Shown here piece by piece: positions 39,801 to 49,351 of a stretch of DNA of 64,000 nucleotides. The notes beneath the pieces were generated by a model. The model did no database searches. It was given only the letters and a program-made list of their open reading frames with translations, and was not told the DNA's origin. Position 1 is the first letter of the stretch; each line of letters begins with the position of its first letter. Made by a program: the position numbers and the translations under genes. This DNA is from an uncultured Gammaproteobacteria bacterium (lineage in GTDB: Bacteria > Patescibacteriota > Microgenomatia > UBA8517): assembly GCA_965231135.1 (NCBI GenBank), contig OZ246419.1, forward strand, positions 449,488 to 513,487, given 5' to 3'.

Positions 39801-40302
39801 ACACCGGGCAAATGAATTTAGCCCGGACCATTTTCCAAAAGAACCAATCAAATTTGCTGGAGTAATTAGCGAAGTGAAAGTTGTTGTTACCAAGAAAACT
39901 CAAGCCCAAATGGCGTTTGCCAGGGTTGATGATGAAACAGGAAGCGTGCGTGTGGTGATTTTCCCGAAGCTTTATAAAGAAACACAAAAACTTTGGATTG
40001 AAGCTACTCCAGTATTACTTAGCGGTAAACTTGATGCACGGGAAGATGAAATTAATATGCTTGTAGATACAATAGATACAAAAGACACGATTAAAAATAA
40101 AAAGCAGGAGTTTTTGCTTAAAATCCCTAAAGATACAGATGTTGAAAGATTAAAGGAACTTAAATCTCTACTTTTGCAAAATCCGGGAGGAGATAAGGTA
40201 GTATTAATTTTTGAGGGGACAGGACGAAGAGTTGAGCTTAATTTTGGAATTTCCTGGAGCCCGAACTTAATGCGCGAAATTGACAGCCTTCTTGAAGCTT
40301 GA
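36832..40302 (+). CDS. dnaE: DNA polymerase III alpha subunit
   Basis: N-terminal PHP domain (VHLHLHTEYSLLDG), palm/fingers region, and OB fold. Length 1156 aa. Confidence 0.9.
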   Translation: MANKFVHLHLHTEYSLLDGLSKISKLLTRVKEMEMDTVAITDHGTMYGAIEFYKKAKAENVKPIIGVEAYTVLHDHKERPEKERFNYNHLLLLAKDEEGYKNLMKITSIAHLEGYYYRPRIQRELIEKYSKGIICTSACVNGEIARAFIEEDPKRAKETATWFQQVFGDDYYLEIQRHEYDKHVETAPDEMKAELREQSRIEKLVNENVVKLSREMGIPLIATNDAHYINKEDANAQDVLVCVATGKKVTETKRIRMVDAPTYYARPYEEMAALFPDYPDALENTVKIAEKCNLEISTFGKWFFPKFPLPNDEDSGEYLKRIANEKLKEKFGEPTKELQERLDHELGIINTKGYAPYFLIDMDLAAWTRSQGIITNTRGSAAGSLTSFVLGITTVNPVKYYLPFERFLNPYRPSPPDIDFDVADDKRDQIIGYISQKYGADKVAQVCTFGRMLARAAVRDVARVLGYEYAVGDRISKMIPPPKQGFPINIDKALTVNPELKNLYDTDPDAKKIIDLAKQVEGSARHVSVHAAGVVVAPTTMTDFSPVQKERDGDKIITQYEMHAAEDVGLIKFDMLGIRNLSILGLAVKIVEERHKTKIDLHEIPIENDPRAKKTFDMLAEGGTMGVFQLGSAGMTKYIKELKPNKVEDLMAMIALYRPGPIAVIPEYIARKNNPKLISYLDPRMEKFLGASYGLIVYQDDLLFCALDLAGYTWEEADKFRKAVGKKIPEEMAAQKEKLVNGIIAHGQTKEFAEHLWQLFEPFQAYGFNKAHAASYGMVVYQTAYMKANYPVEYMTALLTCESNDKDKITEAIGECRRMGITVLPPDINKSDVGFTIETTADGIDAIRFGLSAIKNVGHAAVEAILEARKEGDFVNLYDFLERIDGRRVNKKVLESLVKVGAMSIFGKRNAVFSSIDEIKAKIKPKKAAAQQGLFGDEMIEKAAPTNIQLANVDEFSEDEMQSFEKQLLGFSLSAKPLNETIGELMNYSTHRANEFSPDHFPKEPIKFAGVISEVKVVVTKKTQAQMAFARVDDETGSVRVVIFPKLYKETQKLWIEATPVLLSGKLDAREDEINMLVDTIDTKDTIKNKKQEFLLKIPKDTDVERLKELKSLLLQNPGGDKVVLIFEGTGRRVELNFGISWSPNLMREIDSLLEA

Positions 40303-40326
40303 GCTTAAATCGTGTAAAATACACCT

Positions 40327-40761
40327 ATGTCATTAACCTTGAAGCACAAGACAACCGAATTTGGCGTTGGAGATGAAGTCCGTATCCGACTTAAAGTCCA
40401 AGAAGGAGAAAAAACCAGAAATCAAATTTTTGAGGGAATGGTTATTGGAATAAAGGGAGACGGAGAAAACAAGACTTTTACAGTTCGAAAAATTGCTGAG
40501 GGAAATGTTGGCGCTGAAATGATTTTCCCAATAAATACTCCAAGCATAGATGAAATCAAAGTTGTTCGAGTTGGGCATGAAGGAGCACAACACGCTAAGC
40601 TTTATTATGTGCGTGAGAAATCAAGAAGAGAAATTGAAAAGATTTATTCAAGAGCAAAGAACAAAAATGTTGCTCCAAAAGCTCCTAAGAAAAAGACAGA
40701 AAAGAAAGAAACTAAAAAAGCTTCAGTAAAAAAAGTTGCTTCTAAGAAAGTGAGTAAATAA
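40327..40761 (+). CDS. rplS: 50S ribosomal protein L19 with Lys-rich C-terminal extension
   Basis: FGVGDEVRIRLKVQEGEKTRNQIFEGMVIGIKG... matches L19. Confidence 0.88.
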   Translation: MSLTLKHKTTEFGVGDEVRIRLKVQEGEKTRNQIFEGMVIGIKGDGENKTFTVRKIAEGNVGAEMIFPINTPSIDEIKVVRVGHEGAQHAKLYYVREKSRREIEKIYSRAKNKNVAPKAPKKKTEKKETKKASVKKVASKKVSK

Positions 40762-41148
40762 ATGCCAATAGAAGCATTGGTTCGTCTTGAAGATCAACGA
40801 GTTGATCCTACAACTTATATTAATTTTTCTCGCCTTTCTAGAGTTGATCATTGGTATCGAAGATTAGCTAGCGAAGCAGCTTTTTATACTGGTACTGCGT
40901 TAGGCAATTTACATTCATTCCAAAAAAGTTTAGATGGAGACGAACAGACGGAGGTTACCGGCCGTATAACATTGGAGGTTATAGGTGCTTATAACAAAGG
41001 GCTTGCGATGCTTGGTAAAAAGTATGTTGAGGAAGCAAACCAAAGATGTGAATTTGTAATGCAATATAATACAGAGAATCATCGAGAGTTTGGTACAGAA
41101 TTTATGCAGGAAGTTAAAAGTATTTATGGATCATTAATAAGTGAATAA
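40762..41148 (+). CDS. Hypothetical protein (128 aa)
   Basis: ORF starts immediately after the rplS stop. No recognisable domain. Confidence 0.35.
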   Translation: MPIEALVRLEDQRVDPTTYINFSRLSRVDHWYRRLASEAAFYTGTALGNLHSFQKSLDGDEQTEVTGRITLEVIGAYNKGLAMLGKKYVEEANQRCEFVMQYNTENHREFGTEFMQEVKSIYGSLISE

Positions 41149-42549
41149 AGAAATATTTTTCTGATTGTTTGGATTTTCGATATACCTTCTTAAAATTTTA
41201 TAAGTATCATAATCAAAAATGTAATCTTTTTTTAGATTCTCCAGACTCTCATTTTCGTTTTCAAGACTTCCTAAATAACACCATTTATCTATTACATGTA
41301 TTGTTTCTTTTTCATAAGATTCTTTTATCATAATTGGCCCGTCAAATTTCCAGCGCTTAACTTTTTTCGCAAAGAATGCATCGTCAAAGCGCATATTATA
41401 ACGAAGATTTAATTCTTTACCACAACAAGCACCATTACATTGCCCCATTTGTGAATAAAGACATGCACCTTTTCCTTTATCGAGTCCTAATAATCTTGGG
41501 CAAAGTTTATTTTCTTTTGCAACTTGATATAAATAATCCTTTAATTGTTTAATTGATCTAAAAGTGCCAAGGATATTTTCTACGGCCGCAGGCCCGCAAG
41601 CTTTGCTTATATCTTTTTCATTAAATTTATCTATTGTCGTAACTTCTATAGTGTTATAACCCTTTTTATTTTGAGATTTAACAAGAACCAACATTTTCTT
41701 AGATTCGCGAAGCATTCTATTAAATAATGGTTTTTCTTTTTTAATTAAATAAGATTCCAAAAGCATTGCGCTTAAATCTCCAGCTGTTTCTTTATATTCA
41801 ATTGATTTAATGGTTTGAATAATTTTCATGTCAGTATTACTACCGTAATCATTTGAGAAGTGAGACAAAACTCTGTCGCGGATATTTACGCTTTTGCCAA
41901 TATAAATTGGTGCGCCATTTTCATCAAAAAATAAATAAACTCCAGGAGACTCAGGAAGATTGTCGACTGTGTCCAGCGAAATATTTTGCGGAAGAGTGGG
42001 CTTTTTCATTACAAAATTGATTGCATCGTCTAAAACTTTTGGAGAATTTAATTTTTGAGAGATCTGGAAAAAATCCCATAAAACTTTAGCATCTCCATAT
42101 GCCCTATGACGGGCATTATTTTTGATTGCAAACTTTTCCTGAATTGCGTCTAGATTGTAGTGAGATAATCCTGGATAAAGCCGCCTGGCAAGCTTTACTG
42201 TGCAAAAGTGTTTATTCTTAAAATTAACTCCTAATCTTCTAAATTCATTTCGGACAAAACCATAATCAAAACGGACATTGTGAGCAATAAAAATACTTCC
42301 GTCTAAAATTTCCACCAGTTTTTCTTTGATGTCTTCAAAAAGCGGAGCACTTGTTAAACTTATTGAATTAATTCCTGTTATTTCTTCAATATAGGGATCA
42401 ATATGCATCTCGGGGTTTACTAAACTTTCAAAAGTTTCCGTCAAAATATTATTTTCGACTCGAAGAATGCCGATTTCTATGATTCGGCCTGAAACTGGAT
42501 TGGTCCCAGTTGTTTCAATATCTACAAAACAAAGCGGATCTTGGGGCAT
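41134..42549 (-). CDS. DnaQ-like 3'-5' exonuclease fused to GIY-YIG/UvrC-like nuclease (Cho-like excinuclease)
   Basis: N-terminal DEDDh motifs (FVDIETTG, HNVRFDYGF, HRAYGDA). GIY-YIG motif GVYLFFDENGAPIYIGKSVNIRDRVLSHF. C-terminal Cys-rich UvrC-like region. This architecture resembles mycobacterial Rv2191-type proteins. Confidence 0.7.
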   Translation of the reverse strand: MPQDPLCFVDIETTGTNPVSGRIIEIGILRVENNILTETFESLVNPEMHIDPYIEEITGINSISLTSAPLFEDIKEKLVEILDGSIFIAHNVRFDYGFVRNEFRRLGVNFKNKHFCTVKLARRLYPGLSHYNLDAIQEKFAIKNNARHRAYGDAKVLWDFFQISQKLNSPKVLDDAINFVMKKPTLPQNISLDTVDNLPESPGVYLFFDENGAPIYIGKSVNIRDRVLSHFSNDYGSNTDMKIIQTIKSIEYKETAGDLSAMLLESYLIKKEKPLFNRMLRESKKMLVLVKSQNKKGYNTIEVTTIDKFNEKDISKACGPAAVENILGTFRSIKQLKDYLYQVAKENKLCPRLLGLDKGKGACLYSQMGQCNGACCGKELNLRYNMRFDDAFFAKKVKRWKFDGPIMIKESYEKETIHVIDKWCYLGSLENENESLENLKKDYIFDYDTYKILRRYIENPNNQKNISLFTY

Positions 42550-42585
42550 CCATACAAAATAACAAACAAAACTAGATTTAGCAAG

Positions 42586-42945
42586 CTAATGAATTACGAA
42601 TGTTTCTCCGTTTGGTAATATTTTGTATAAACTTGCATTAAAATAGAAAAACTTTGGAGCTTCTGCATCTTCTGCAAGCATTCGAAAGAACATTTTATAA
42701 TTATTGAATGTTTGTTTTCCTGATATTAAACACATTCCATCCTCTGGTCCGTCAACATTCATTACTACGTGATGGGACTGTCCAGTTTCGTTATCATCTA
42801 AAATAAAATGAGCATAGACTAATCTTCTGAGATGTTCATTTTCTTCTTGATTTAAATATTCTTTTCCAAATAATTCTTCTAAATGTACGATTAATTGTTG
42901 TGTTTTTTCTTGATTCCGTATAAATCTTGGTTCGTACTCAGGCAT
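42586..42945 (-). CDS. Hypothetical protein (119 aa)
   Basis: ORF with no recognisable domain. Divergent from ruvC. Confidence 0.4.
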   Translation of the reverse strand: MPEYEPRFIRNQEKTQQLIVHLEELFGKEYLNQEENEHLRRLVYAHFILDDNETGQSHHVVMNVDGPEDGMCLISGKQTFNNYKMFFRMLAEDAEAPKFFYFNASLYKILPNGETFVIH

Positions 42946-43000
42946 TTTCTAAATCTAATGCTAATTATTTATTTTTACAAGAAGCGTGTATACTGGTTTC

Positions 43001-43606
43001 ATGCTTATTTTGGGTATTGACCCTGGAACTGCGACGACTGGCTGGGGACTAATTGAAAAACTTCAAGACAAAGATTTTGAAATACTTGAATGGGGACTGA
43101 TTGAAACTAAAAAAGAAACAGCTCCTCATATTAGACTTCACGAAATACATGAACAAATGCTTTCTATCTTGGATAAATATCGACCAAATGTTTTGGTAAT
43201 GGAAAAAGTTTTTATGTTTAATAATGCAAAAACTGTGATAAGAGTAAGCCAGGCACAAGGAGTCATTCTCCTTGCATCAAGCAGCTGTGGTTTTGATATT
43301 GAAGTTTATGAATATGCTCCGCAAACAATTAAAAAATTAATTACAGGGTCGGGGCGCGCCAAGAAAAAGGAAATGGATATAGCGGTGCATGCAATACTTG
43401 GAAATAAACTTGACAAAAAAGATTTGAAAGACGGGTTTGGAAAATCACGAAAAATGACAAAGACTTATGTTGATAATGCAATTGATGCACTTGCGATTGC
43501 AATGAGCCACTTGATGAAACTTCAGGAAGATATATTATCTAAGCAAGTTCCCCACGCTTCGCGCGGGGGCCTCAGAAAACGCAATGCGAAGAAAGCGGAC
43601 AAATAA
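43001..43606 (+). CDS. ruvC: Holliday junction resolvase RuvC
   Basis: MLILGIDPGTATTGWGLIE matches the RuvC N-terminus. ATG at 43001 is preferred because TATACT ends 7 nt upstream, consistent with a leaderless start. The track gives a GTG at 42986. Confidence 0.85.
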   Translation: MLILGIDPGTATTGWGLIEKLQDKDFEILEWGLIETKKETAPHIRLHEIHEQMLSILDKYRPNVLVMEKVFMFNNAKTVIRVSQAQGVILLASSSCGFDIEVYEYAPQTIKKLITGSGRAKKKEMDIAVHAILGNKLDKKDLKDGFGKSRKMTKTYVDNAIDALAIAMSHLMKLQEDILSKQVPHASRGGLRKRNAKKADK

Positions 43607-43985
43607 ACCTGTTGAGTGGATTAAAGACGATACAATTCGCGAACGGGTAGTACGACTTGTAGTAGACTTGGAAATAGATTGGGTAATGCCTGATTCGATT
43701 CGAACTTTTCGTTCTTATAATTCAAACAGTAATGCTATTGCAAGGATTTGGGGACTAAATAAAATCTGGCAAATGGCCTTGGACTCTGAACCGATGTATG
43801 TGATTGAAGTAATCTCTGAGCGCTTCGACTGTTTAAATGAGCGAGATAAAGATGAAGTTATTTTACATGAGCTTGCACATATTCCTAAAAACTTTTCCGG
43901 AGCTCTGATGGCACATTCTCACGGCAAAGGTGCGTTTCATGATAAATTGGATGAATTTAAAAGAAGATACAGAAGATTAAAATGA
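43584..43985 (+). CDS. Putative HExxH metallopeptidase-like protein (SprT/DUF45-like)
   Basis: VILHELAHIP motif. Otherwise weak similarity. Confidence 0.3.
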   Translation: MRRKRTNKPVEWIKDDTIRERVVRLVVDLEIDWVMPDSIRTFRSYNSNSNAIARIWGLNKIWQMALDSEPMYVIEVISERFDCLNERDKDEVILHELAHIPKNFSGALMAHSHGKGAFHDKLDEFKRRYRRLK

Positions 43986-44641
43986 GAATAAGTTTGATTC
44001 ATGGGGAAGATACGACAAAAGCTTATAAAAAATTTAGCGAATTACTTTCTCAATCTAAAAAAAGAGGGTTTGAAATAATTAAAATAAAAAATACACGCGA
44101 AGTTGTGTCTCAAACTCTTTTTGAAGACAAAACAGTTTTTGTTTTGGAGAAGCCTAATAAAGTATATATCAAAGACTGGAAATGGCTTAAGGAAAATGCT
44201 AATAAATATAATTCTAATTTGTTAATTTTTTTTGAAGGGAATGCAGGAGTTGTGATAACTAAGAATTTGCCAAAAGAAGCGAAAGTGGAAATGTTTGAAT
44301 TACCCAAAAATATTTTTCTTTTTTTAGATGCACTTTATCCGGGCAATTCCCGAATCGCTTTAAAGCTTTTTAATGACACAATTAAAACAGAACCAACCGA
44401 ACTTGTATTTCATTTAATGGCCAGACAGTTGCGGGATTTATATTGGGCGCAAATTGGCAAGGACGAAATGCCTTTGCCAAGCTGGAGGATCGAAAAATTA
44501 TCCCGACAAGCTGGGAAATTCAGGCTTGAAAATTTACGGCGCACAATAAATAAATTGTCTGACATTGATATTAAAGCAAAAACAACTGAAGCAGATCTAA
44601 AAACTTTGCTTGATTTATTTATTATTGAGGAATTAAAATGA
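43982..44641 (+). CDS. Possible DNA polymerase III delta subunit (HolA-like), short form
   Basis: N-terminal MRISLIHGEDT... matches the delta-like pattern. The call is supported only weakly by the sequence. Confidence 0.35.
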   Translation: MRISLIHGEDTTKAYKKFSELLSQSKKRGFEIIKIKNTREVVSQTLFEDKTVFVLEKPNKVYIKDWKWLKENANKYNSNLLIFFEGNAGVVITKNLPKEAKVEMFELPKNIFLFLDALYPGNSRIALKLFNDTIKTEPTELVFHLMARQLRDLYWAQIGKDEMPLPSWRIEKLSRQAGKFRLENLRRTINKLSDIDIKAKTTEADLKTLLDLFIIEELK

Positions 44642-45996
44642 GCTTAACAATGGACACTTCTATTTTTAAAGCGTATGACATTCGCGGAATTTTCCCGACA
44701 ACTTTAAACGAAAATATTGCTTACAAAATAGCTCAAGGGTATGCAGAGTATGTAAAACCACAGGCGCCAGTTGTTGTGGGAAATGATGTTCGCCTTCATA
44801 GTGTTGAAATAAAAAATGCAATTATTCGAGGGCTTAATGATGCTGGAATTGATACTGTCGATGTTGGTTTAATAACGACTGATATGCTTTATTTTTGCGT
44901 TGGAAGTTTTGGCTATGGAGGAGGAATTCAAGCAACTGCATCTCACAACCCTCCAGAGTGGCATGGAATAAAAATGATTCGCGAAAAAGTTATCCCGCTT
45001 AATCTGGAAGAAGGAATAAATCAGATCAAGGATTTTGTGGTGCAAGGAAAAACGATAAATGTGGCAAATAAAGGCAAAAACGCAACAAGAGATATTGAAA
45101 ACGAATATTGCCAGTTTATTTTAGGCTTTTTAACACAGAAAAATATCAAACCAATGAAGATAGTGATAGATCCAAACTTTGGCTACAGTGGAAAAATTTT
45201 TGAAAAGATAATTGAACTTGGAAATTTGCCAATAGAATTAATTAAATTAAATTTTGAACCTGATGGAACTTTTCCAAAAGGAAGACCAGATCCTTTTATT
45301 CCGGAAAACAGAATTGAATTTATGGATTTAGTGAAAAATAGCGAAGCGGATTTGGGAATTGCCTGGGACGCTGACGGAGACAGAGTGTTTTTTTGCGCTG
45401 ATGGCGGCGAATTTACCGAGCCTTATTATCTAAATACAATTTTAATAAAGCAAATGCTTGCAGATCATCCGAGGGAAAAAATTATATATGATCCAAGATA
45501 TACCTGGGCCTTGATTGAAGCAATTAAAAATGCAGGTGGAGAAGCTTTGCTTTGCAGGGTTGGACATTCATATATAAAAGAAATGATGCGAAAAGACAAC
45601 GCTCTTTTTGCAACGGAATCAAGCGGACATACTTATTATCGTGATTATTTTTTTGCTGACTGCGGAATGATCCCCCCAATGCAAGTAATTAATTTTTTAT
45701 CCAGCAATAACGTAAAGCTTTCTGATTCTGTAAAACCTGTAATGAATAAATATTTTATTTCAGGAGAAATTAATACAGAAGTAGTTGATAAAGAAGCTAA
45801 AATGAACGAAATTGCTGAAAAATATAAAGATGGACAGCAATCAAGACTTGACGGAATTGCAATTGAATATCAGGAGTATAGATTTTGTGTGCGGCCAAGT
45901 AACACAGAAAATTTATTAAGACTCACACTTGAGGCAAAATCTAAAGAATTAATGGAAGAGAAACGGGATGAAGTATTACGATTAATAAGATCATAA
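44638..45996 (+). CDS. Phosphomannomutase/phosphoglucomutase (alpha-D-phosphohexomutase)
   Basis: Active-site TASHNP motif (IQATASHNPPEWHGIKM) and Mg-binding DADGDR. Confidence 0.88.
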   Translation: MSLTMDTSIFKAYDIRGIFPTTLNENIAYKIAQGYAEYVKPQAPVVVGNDVRLHSVEIKNAIIRGLNDAGIDTVDVGLITTDMLYFCVGSFGYGGGIQATASHNPPEWHGIKMIREKVIPLNLEEGINQIKDFVVQGKTINVANKGKNATRDIENEYCQFILGFLTQKNIKPMKIVIDPNFGYSGKIFEKIIELGNLPIELIKLNFEPDGTFPKGRPDPFIPENRIEFMDLVKNSEADLGIAWDADGDRVFFCADGGEFTEPYYLNTILIKQMLADHPREKIIYDPRYTWALIEAIKNAGGEALLCRVGHSYIKEMMRKDNALFATESSGHTYYRDYFFADCGMIPPMQVINFLSSNNVKLSDSVKPVMNKYFISGEINTEVVDKEAKMNEIAEKYKDGQQSRLDGIAIEYQEYRFCVRPSNTENLLRLTLEAKSKELMEEKRDEVLRLIRS

Positions 45997-45997
45997 T

Positions 45998-47059
45998 ATG
46001 CTTGATGACCTGCCAAAAATTTCTCAACTTGATAAGGGAAATATTTTATCTTCAATAGAACATTTGCCGGAACAAATTCAGGATGCCTGGAATGAAATAC
46101 AAAAAGTAGAATTACCGCAGGAATACGGAGACTGCCAAAATATTGTGGTTGCTGGAATGGGAGGGTCGGCTTTAGGAGGACGCATTGTCCATTATTTGGA
46201 ATTTAAAAATTTGAGAGTACCAGTTGAAGTTGTTACAAATTATCACTTACCTTCTTATGTAAATAATAAAACGCTTGTAATTTTGTCCAGTTATTCGGGA
46301 AACACTGAGGAAACAATTTCATGTGCTGCAGACGGCGTAAATAAAAATGCCAAGATCTTTGGAATTGAAACTGGCGGTAAACTTCTTGAAATCTTAGAAG
46401 AACATAAACTACCCTTTTATAAAATTGATCCAGCAAATAATCCGAGCGGACAACCAAGAATGGGTTTGGGTTATTCGATTTCAAGTATTTTGGCGATTTT
46501 AAGCAAACTTAAATTTATTGATATTGAAGATGATGAAATTTTAAACGCAATTGAAATTACAGAAAAGTTTGTAAAAGAATTTGGAGTACGCAGTCATACA
46601 GAAAACAATATTGCAAAAAAACTTGCAGATAAATTGGCAAATAAAATTCCTGTTTTAATTTCCAGTGAACATTTAGTTGGCTCGACCCATGCTTTTAAAA
46701 ATCAACTGAATGAAAATTCTAAAAATTTTAGTATGCATTTTGAAATTTCAGAATTAAATCACCATTTGATGGAAGGACTAAAATATCCAGCAAAGGCAAA
46801 GGAAATTTTACATTTTGTTTTTTTTGAAAGTAATAATTATTTTGAACGAATACAAAAGAGATATTCAATTACACAAGACGTGGTAAAACAAAACGGATAT
46901 GGATTTGATATTTATAAAATGCAATCTAAACATAAACTTGAAGAAGTTTTTGAGTTACTTGCGCTTGGAAGTTATATAAGTTTCTATATCGCAATGATTC
47001 ATGGAATCGATCCCAGCCCAATTCCTTGGGTTGACTATTTTAAGAAGAAAATGGAATAA
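45998..47059 (+). CDS. Bifunctional phosphoglucose/phosphomannose isomerase (SIS-domain PGI/PMI family)
   Basis: SIS motif VVAGMGGSALGGRI. Length of about 350 aa is typical of the archaeal-type PGI/PMI. Confidence 0.7.
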   Translation: MLDDLPKISQLDKGNILSSIEHLPEQIQDAWNEIQKVELPQEYGDCQNIVVAGMGGSALGGRIVHYLEFKNLRVPVEVVTNYHLPSYVNNKTLVILSSYSGNTEETISCAADGVNKNAKIFGIETGGKLLEILEEHKLPFYKIDPANNPSGQPRMGLGYSISSILAILSKLKFIDIEDDEILNAIEITEKFVKEFGVRSHTENNIAKKLADKLANKIPVLISSEHLVGSTHAFKNQLNENSKNFSMHFEISELNHHLMEGLKYPAKAKEILHFVFFESNNYFERIQKRYSITQDVVKQNGYGFDIYKMQSKHKLEEVFELLALGSYISFYIAMIHGIDPSPIPWVDYFKKKME

Positions 47060-47065
47060 TGGAAT

Positions 47066-49351
47066 ATGGCTGCCAACGATAAACTAATACTTCAGTTTAA
47101 AGATATTGATAAAACAATGACTTCCCAAGTAGGCGGAAAGGGTGCAAACCTAGGCGAAATGACGCAGGCAAAGTTTCCTGTTCCAAACGGATTTGCTGTA
47201 ACTGTTGCTTCATATAATTTGTTTTTGGATGAAAATAATTTAAGACCTGAGATTAACGGAATAATAAAAACTCTTGATGTAAATAATGCTGACCAGCTTG
47301 AGAAAGCTGCAAGCGCGATTCAAAATAAACTTTTGAAAGCTAAAGTCCCTGATGCTGTTGGAAAAGAAACAATAAAATCTTATCGGAAACTTTCGGGAAT
47401 ATTTAAGAAGGCACAAGTTGCTGTTCGCTCCAGTGCAACTGCTGAAGATTTGCCGGGAATGAGCTTTGCAGGACAACAAGCTACATTTTTAAATATTAAA
47501 GGTGAATCAAATTTATTGAACTCGATTCGCGAATGCTGGGCTTCGCTTTTTACAGCGCGCGCAATTTTTTATAGAGCTAATAATAAAATTCCAACAGAAA
47601 AGGTGGGAATCTGCGTCATTATCCAAAAAATGGTTGAGAGCGAAGTTTCTGGAGTTATGTTTACAGTTGACCCGGTTAAAAACGATAAAGAAAGAATTGT
47701 GGTTGATACAGTTTGGGGATTAGGCGAAATGATTGTTCAGGGATCTGTTATTCCAGATCATTATGTTGTCCAAAAAGGAACTTTCTCAATTCTTTCAAAA
47801 GAAGTTTCTGATCAATCAATACAATTAATTAAAGTAAATGGAATTACAAAAGAAGTTGAAGTTCCTAAAAAACAAAGAGAGAATCAGAAAATTACTGATG
47901 AAGAAGTAGTCGAAATTGCAAAAATTGGGAACAGACTTCAGGAACATTATTATTATCCTCAAGATGTTGAATGGGCTCGGGATAAAGACGGCGGGATATA
48001 TATAGTACAGACTCGTCCAATCACAACGCTTGATGCAAAACCAAAAGCAAAAACTAAAATGGGCGAATCCGATGTAGAAACAGCACAAACACCAATACTT
48101 ACGGGAATTCCCGCATCTCCCGGAGTTGGAACTGGGCCAGTACGAGTTCTGAAATCTCCGAAAGAAATTGATAAGGTGCATCAAGGTGATGTGCTTGTAG
48201 CTAAAATGACTTCTCCGGATTATGTTCCTGCAATGAAAAAAGCTGCAGCAATTATTACTGATGAAGGTGGAGAAACTTCACACGCTGCGATAGTTTCCCG
48301 AGAGCTTGGAGTTCCTTGCGTTGTTGGTACAAAAGAAGCTACCAAAAAACTTAAAGATGATTTTGTTGTGACTGTTGATGGCAAAGCTGGGATGATTTAT
48401 TTAGGAGCAAAAGTAAAAACTGAAGTTAAAGCGGAAGCAATGGAAACGCAGTACCGTAAAACTCGTAATACTAAGACTGCAACACATGTTTATGTAAATT
48501 TGGCTGAGCCTGATCGAGTAAAAGAAATTGCAAAGCGAAACGTAGACGGAATAGGCCTTCTTCGAGCTGAGTTTATGATTGCAAATATTGGAGTGCATCC
48601 GAAGCAAGCTATTAAAGACAAAAAGCAAAATGATTTTATAAATAAGCTTGCTGATAATTTGGAAGTATTTTGTAAGGCATTTGGAGATCGACCGGTCGTT
48701 TACCGTGCAACTGATTTTAAAACAAACGAATATCGCCAACTTAAAGGCGGAGCGAATTGGGAACCAGTTGAGCCAAACCCGTTGATGGGATTTAGAGGAG
48801 CATTTAGATACGTATCAGACCCTGAAGTATTTAATCTTGAACTTAATGCTATTAAAAAGGTACGAAGTAAACACAAGAATTTACATATCATGATTCCATT
48901 TGTGAGAAGCCCTCAGGAACTTGCAAGAGTTCGAAGACTAGTTGCATCTGAAGAATTATTTAGAACAGGAGATTTTAAATTTTGGATGATGTGCGAACTT
49001 CCGGTGAATGTAATTTTACTTGAAGATTTTATAAAAGTGGGAATTGATGGGGTCTCTATTGGAAGTAATGATTTATCAATGCTTTTACTTGGAACAGATC
49101 GAGACAATAGTGAGGTCGCAAGCGAATTTGATGAAAGATCACCAGCGCTTCTTTGGGCATTAAGACGCATTATAAAAACTTGCCATAAATACGGCGTGAC
49201 TGCGTCTATTTGCGGACAGGCTCCAAGTACTTATGACGATTTGGTTGAAGAGCTTGTAAAAATGGGAATAACTAGCGTTTCAATTAACCCTGATGCAATT
49301 GACCGAGTGAGAAATGTAATTTATGAAACAGAAAGGAAGATAGGAAAATAA
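47066..49351 (+). CDS. ppsA: Phosphoenolpyruvate synthase (pyruvate, water dikinase)
   Basis: N-terminal GGKGANLGEM, phospho-His domain GGETSHAAIVSRELGVPCVVG, and C-terminal PEP-utilising TIM barrel. Confidence 0.85.
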   Translation: MAANDKLILQFKDIDKTMTSQVGGKGANLGEMTQAKFPVPNGFAVTVASYNLFLDENNLRPEINGIIKTLDVNNADQLEKAASAIQNKLLKAKVPDAVGKETIKSYRKLSGIFKKAQVAVRSSATAEDLPGMSFAGQQATFLNIKGESNLLNSIRECWASLFTARAIFYRANNKIPTEKVGICVIIQKMVESEVSGVMFTVDPVKNDKERIVVDTVWGLGEMIVQGSVIPDHYVVQKGTFSILSKEVSDQSIQLIKVNGITKEVEVPKKQRENQKITDEEVVEIAKIGNRLQEHYYYPQDVEWARDKDGGIYIVQTRPITTLDAKPKAKTKMGESDVETAQTPILTGIPASPGVGTGPVRVLKSPKEIDKVHQGDVLVAKMTSPDYVPAMKKAAAIITDEGGETSHAAIVSRELGVPCVVGTKEATKKLKDDFVVTVDGKAGMIYLGAKVKTEVKAEAMETQYRKTRNTKTATHVYVNLAEPDRVKEIAKRNVDGIGLLRAEFMIANIGVHPKQAIKDKKQNDFINKLADNLEVFCKAFGDRPVVYRATDFKTNEYRQLKGGANWEPVEPNPLMGFRGAFRYVSDPEVFNLELNAIKKVRSKHKNLHIMIPFVRSPQELARVRRLVASEELFRTGDFKFWMMCELPVNVILLEDFIKVGIDGVSIGSNDLSMLLLGTDRDNSEVASEFDERSPALLWALRRIIKTCHKYGVTASICGQAPSTYDDLVEELVKMGITSVSINPDAIDRVRNVIYETERKIGK

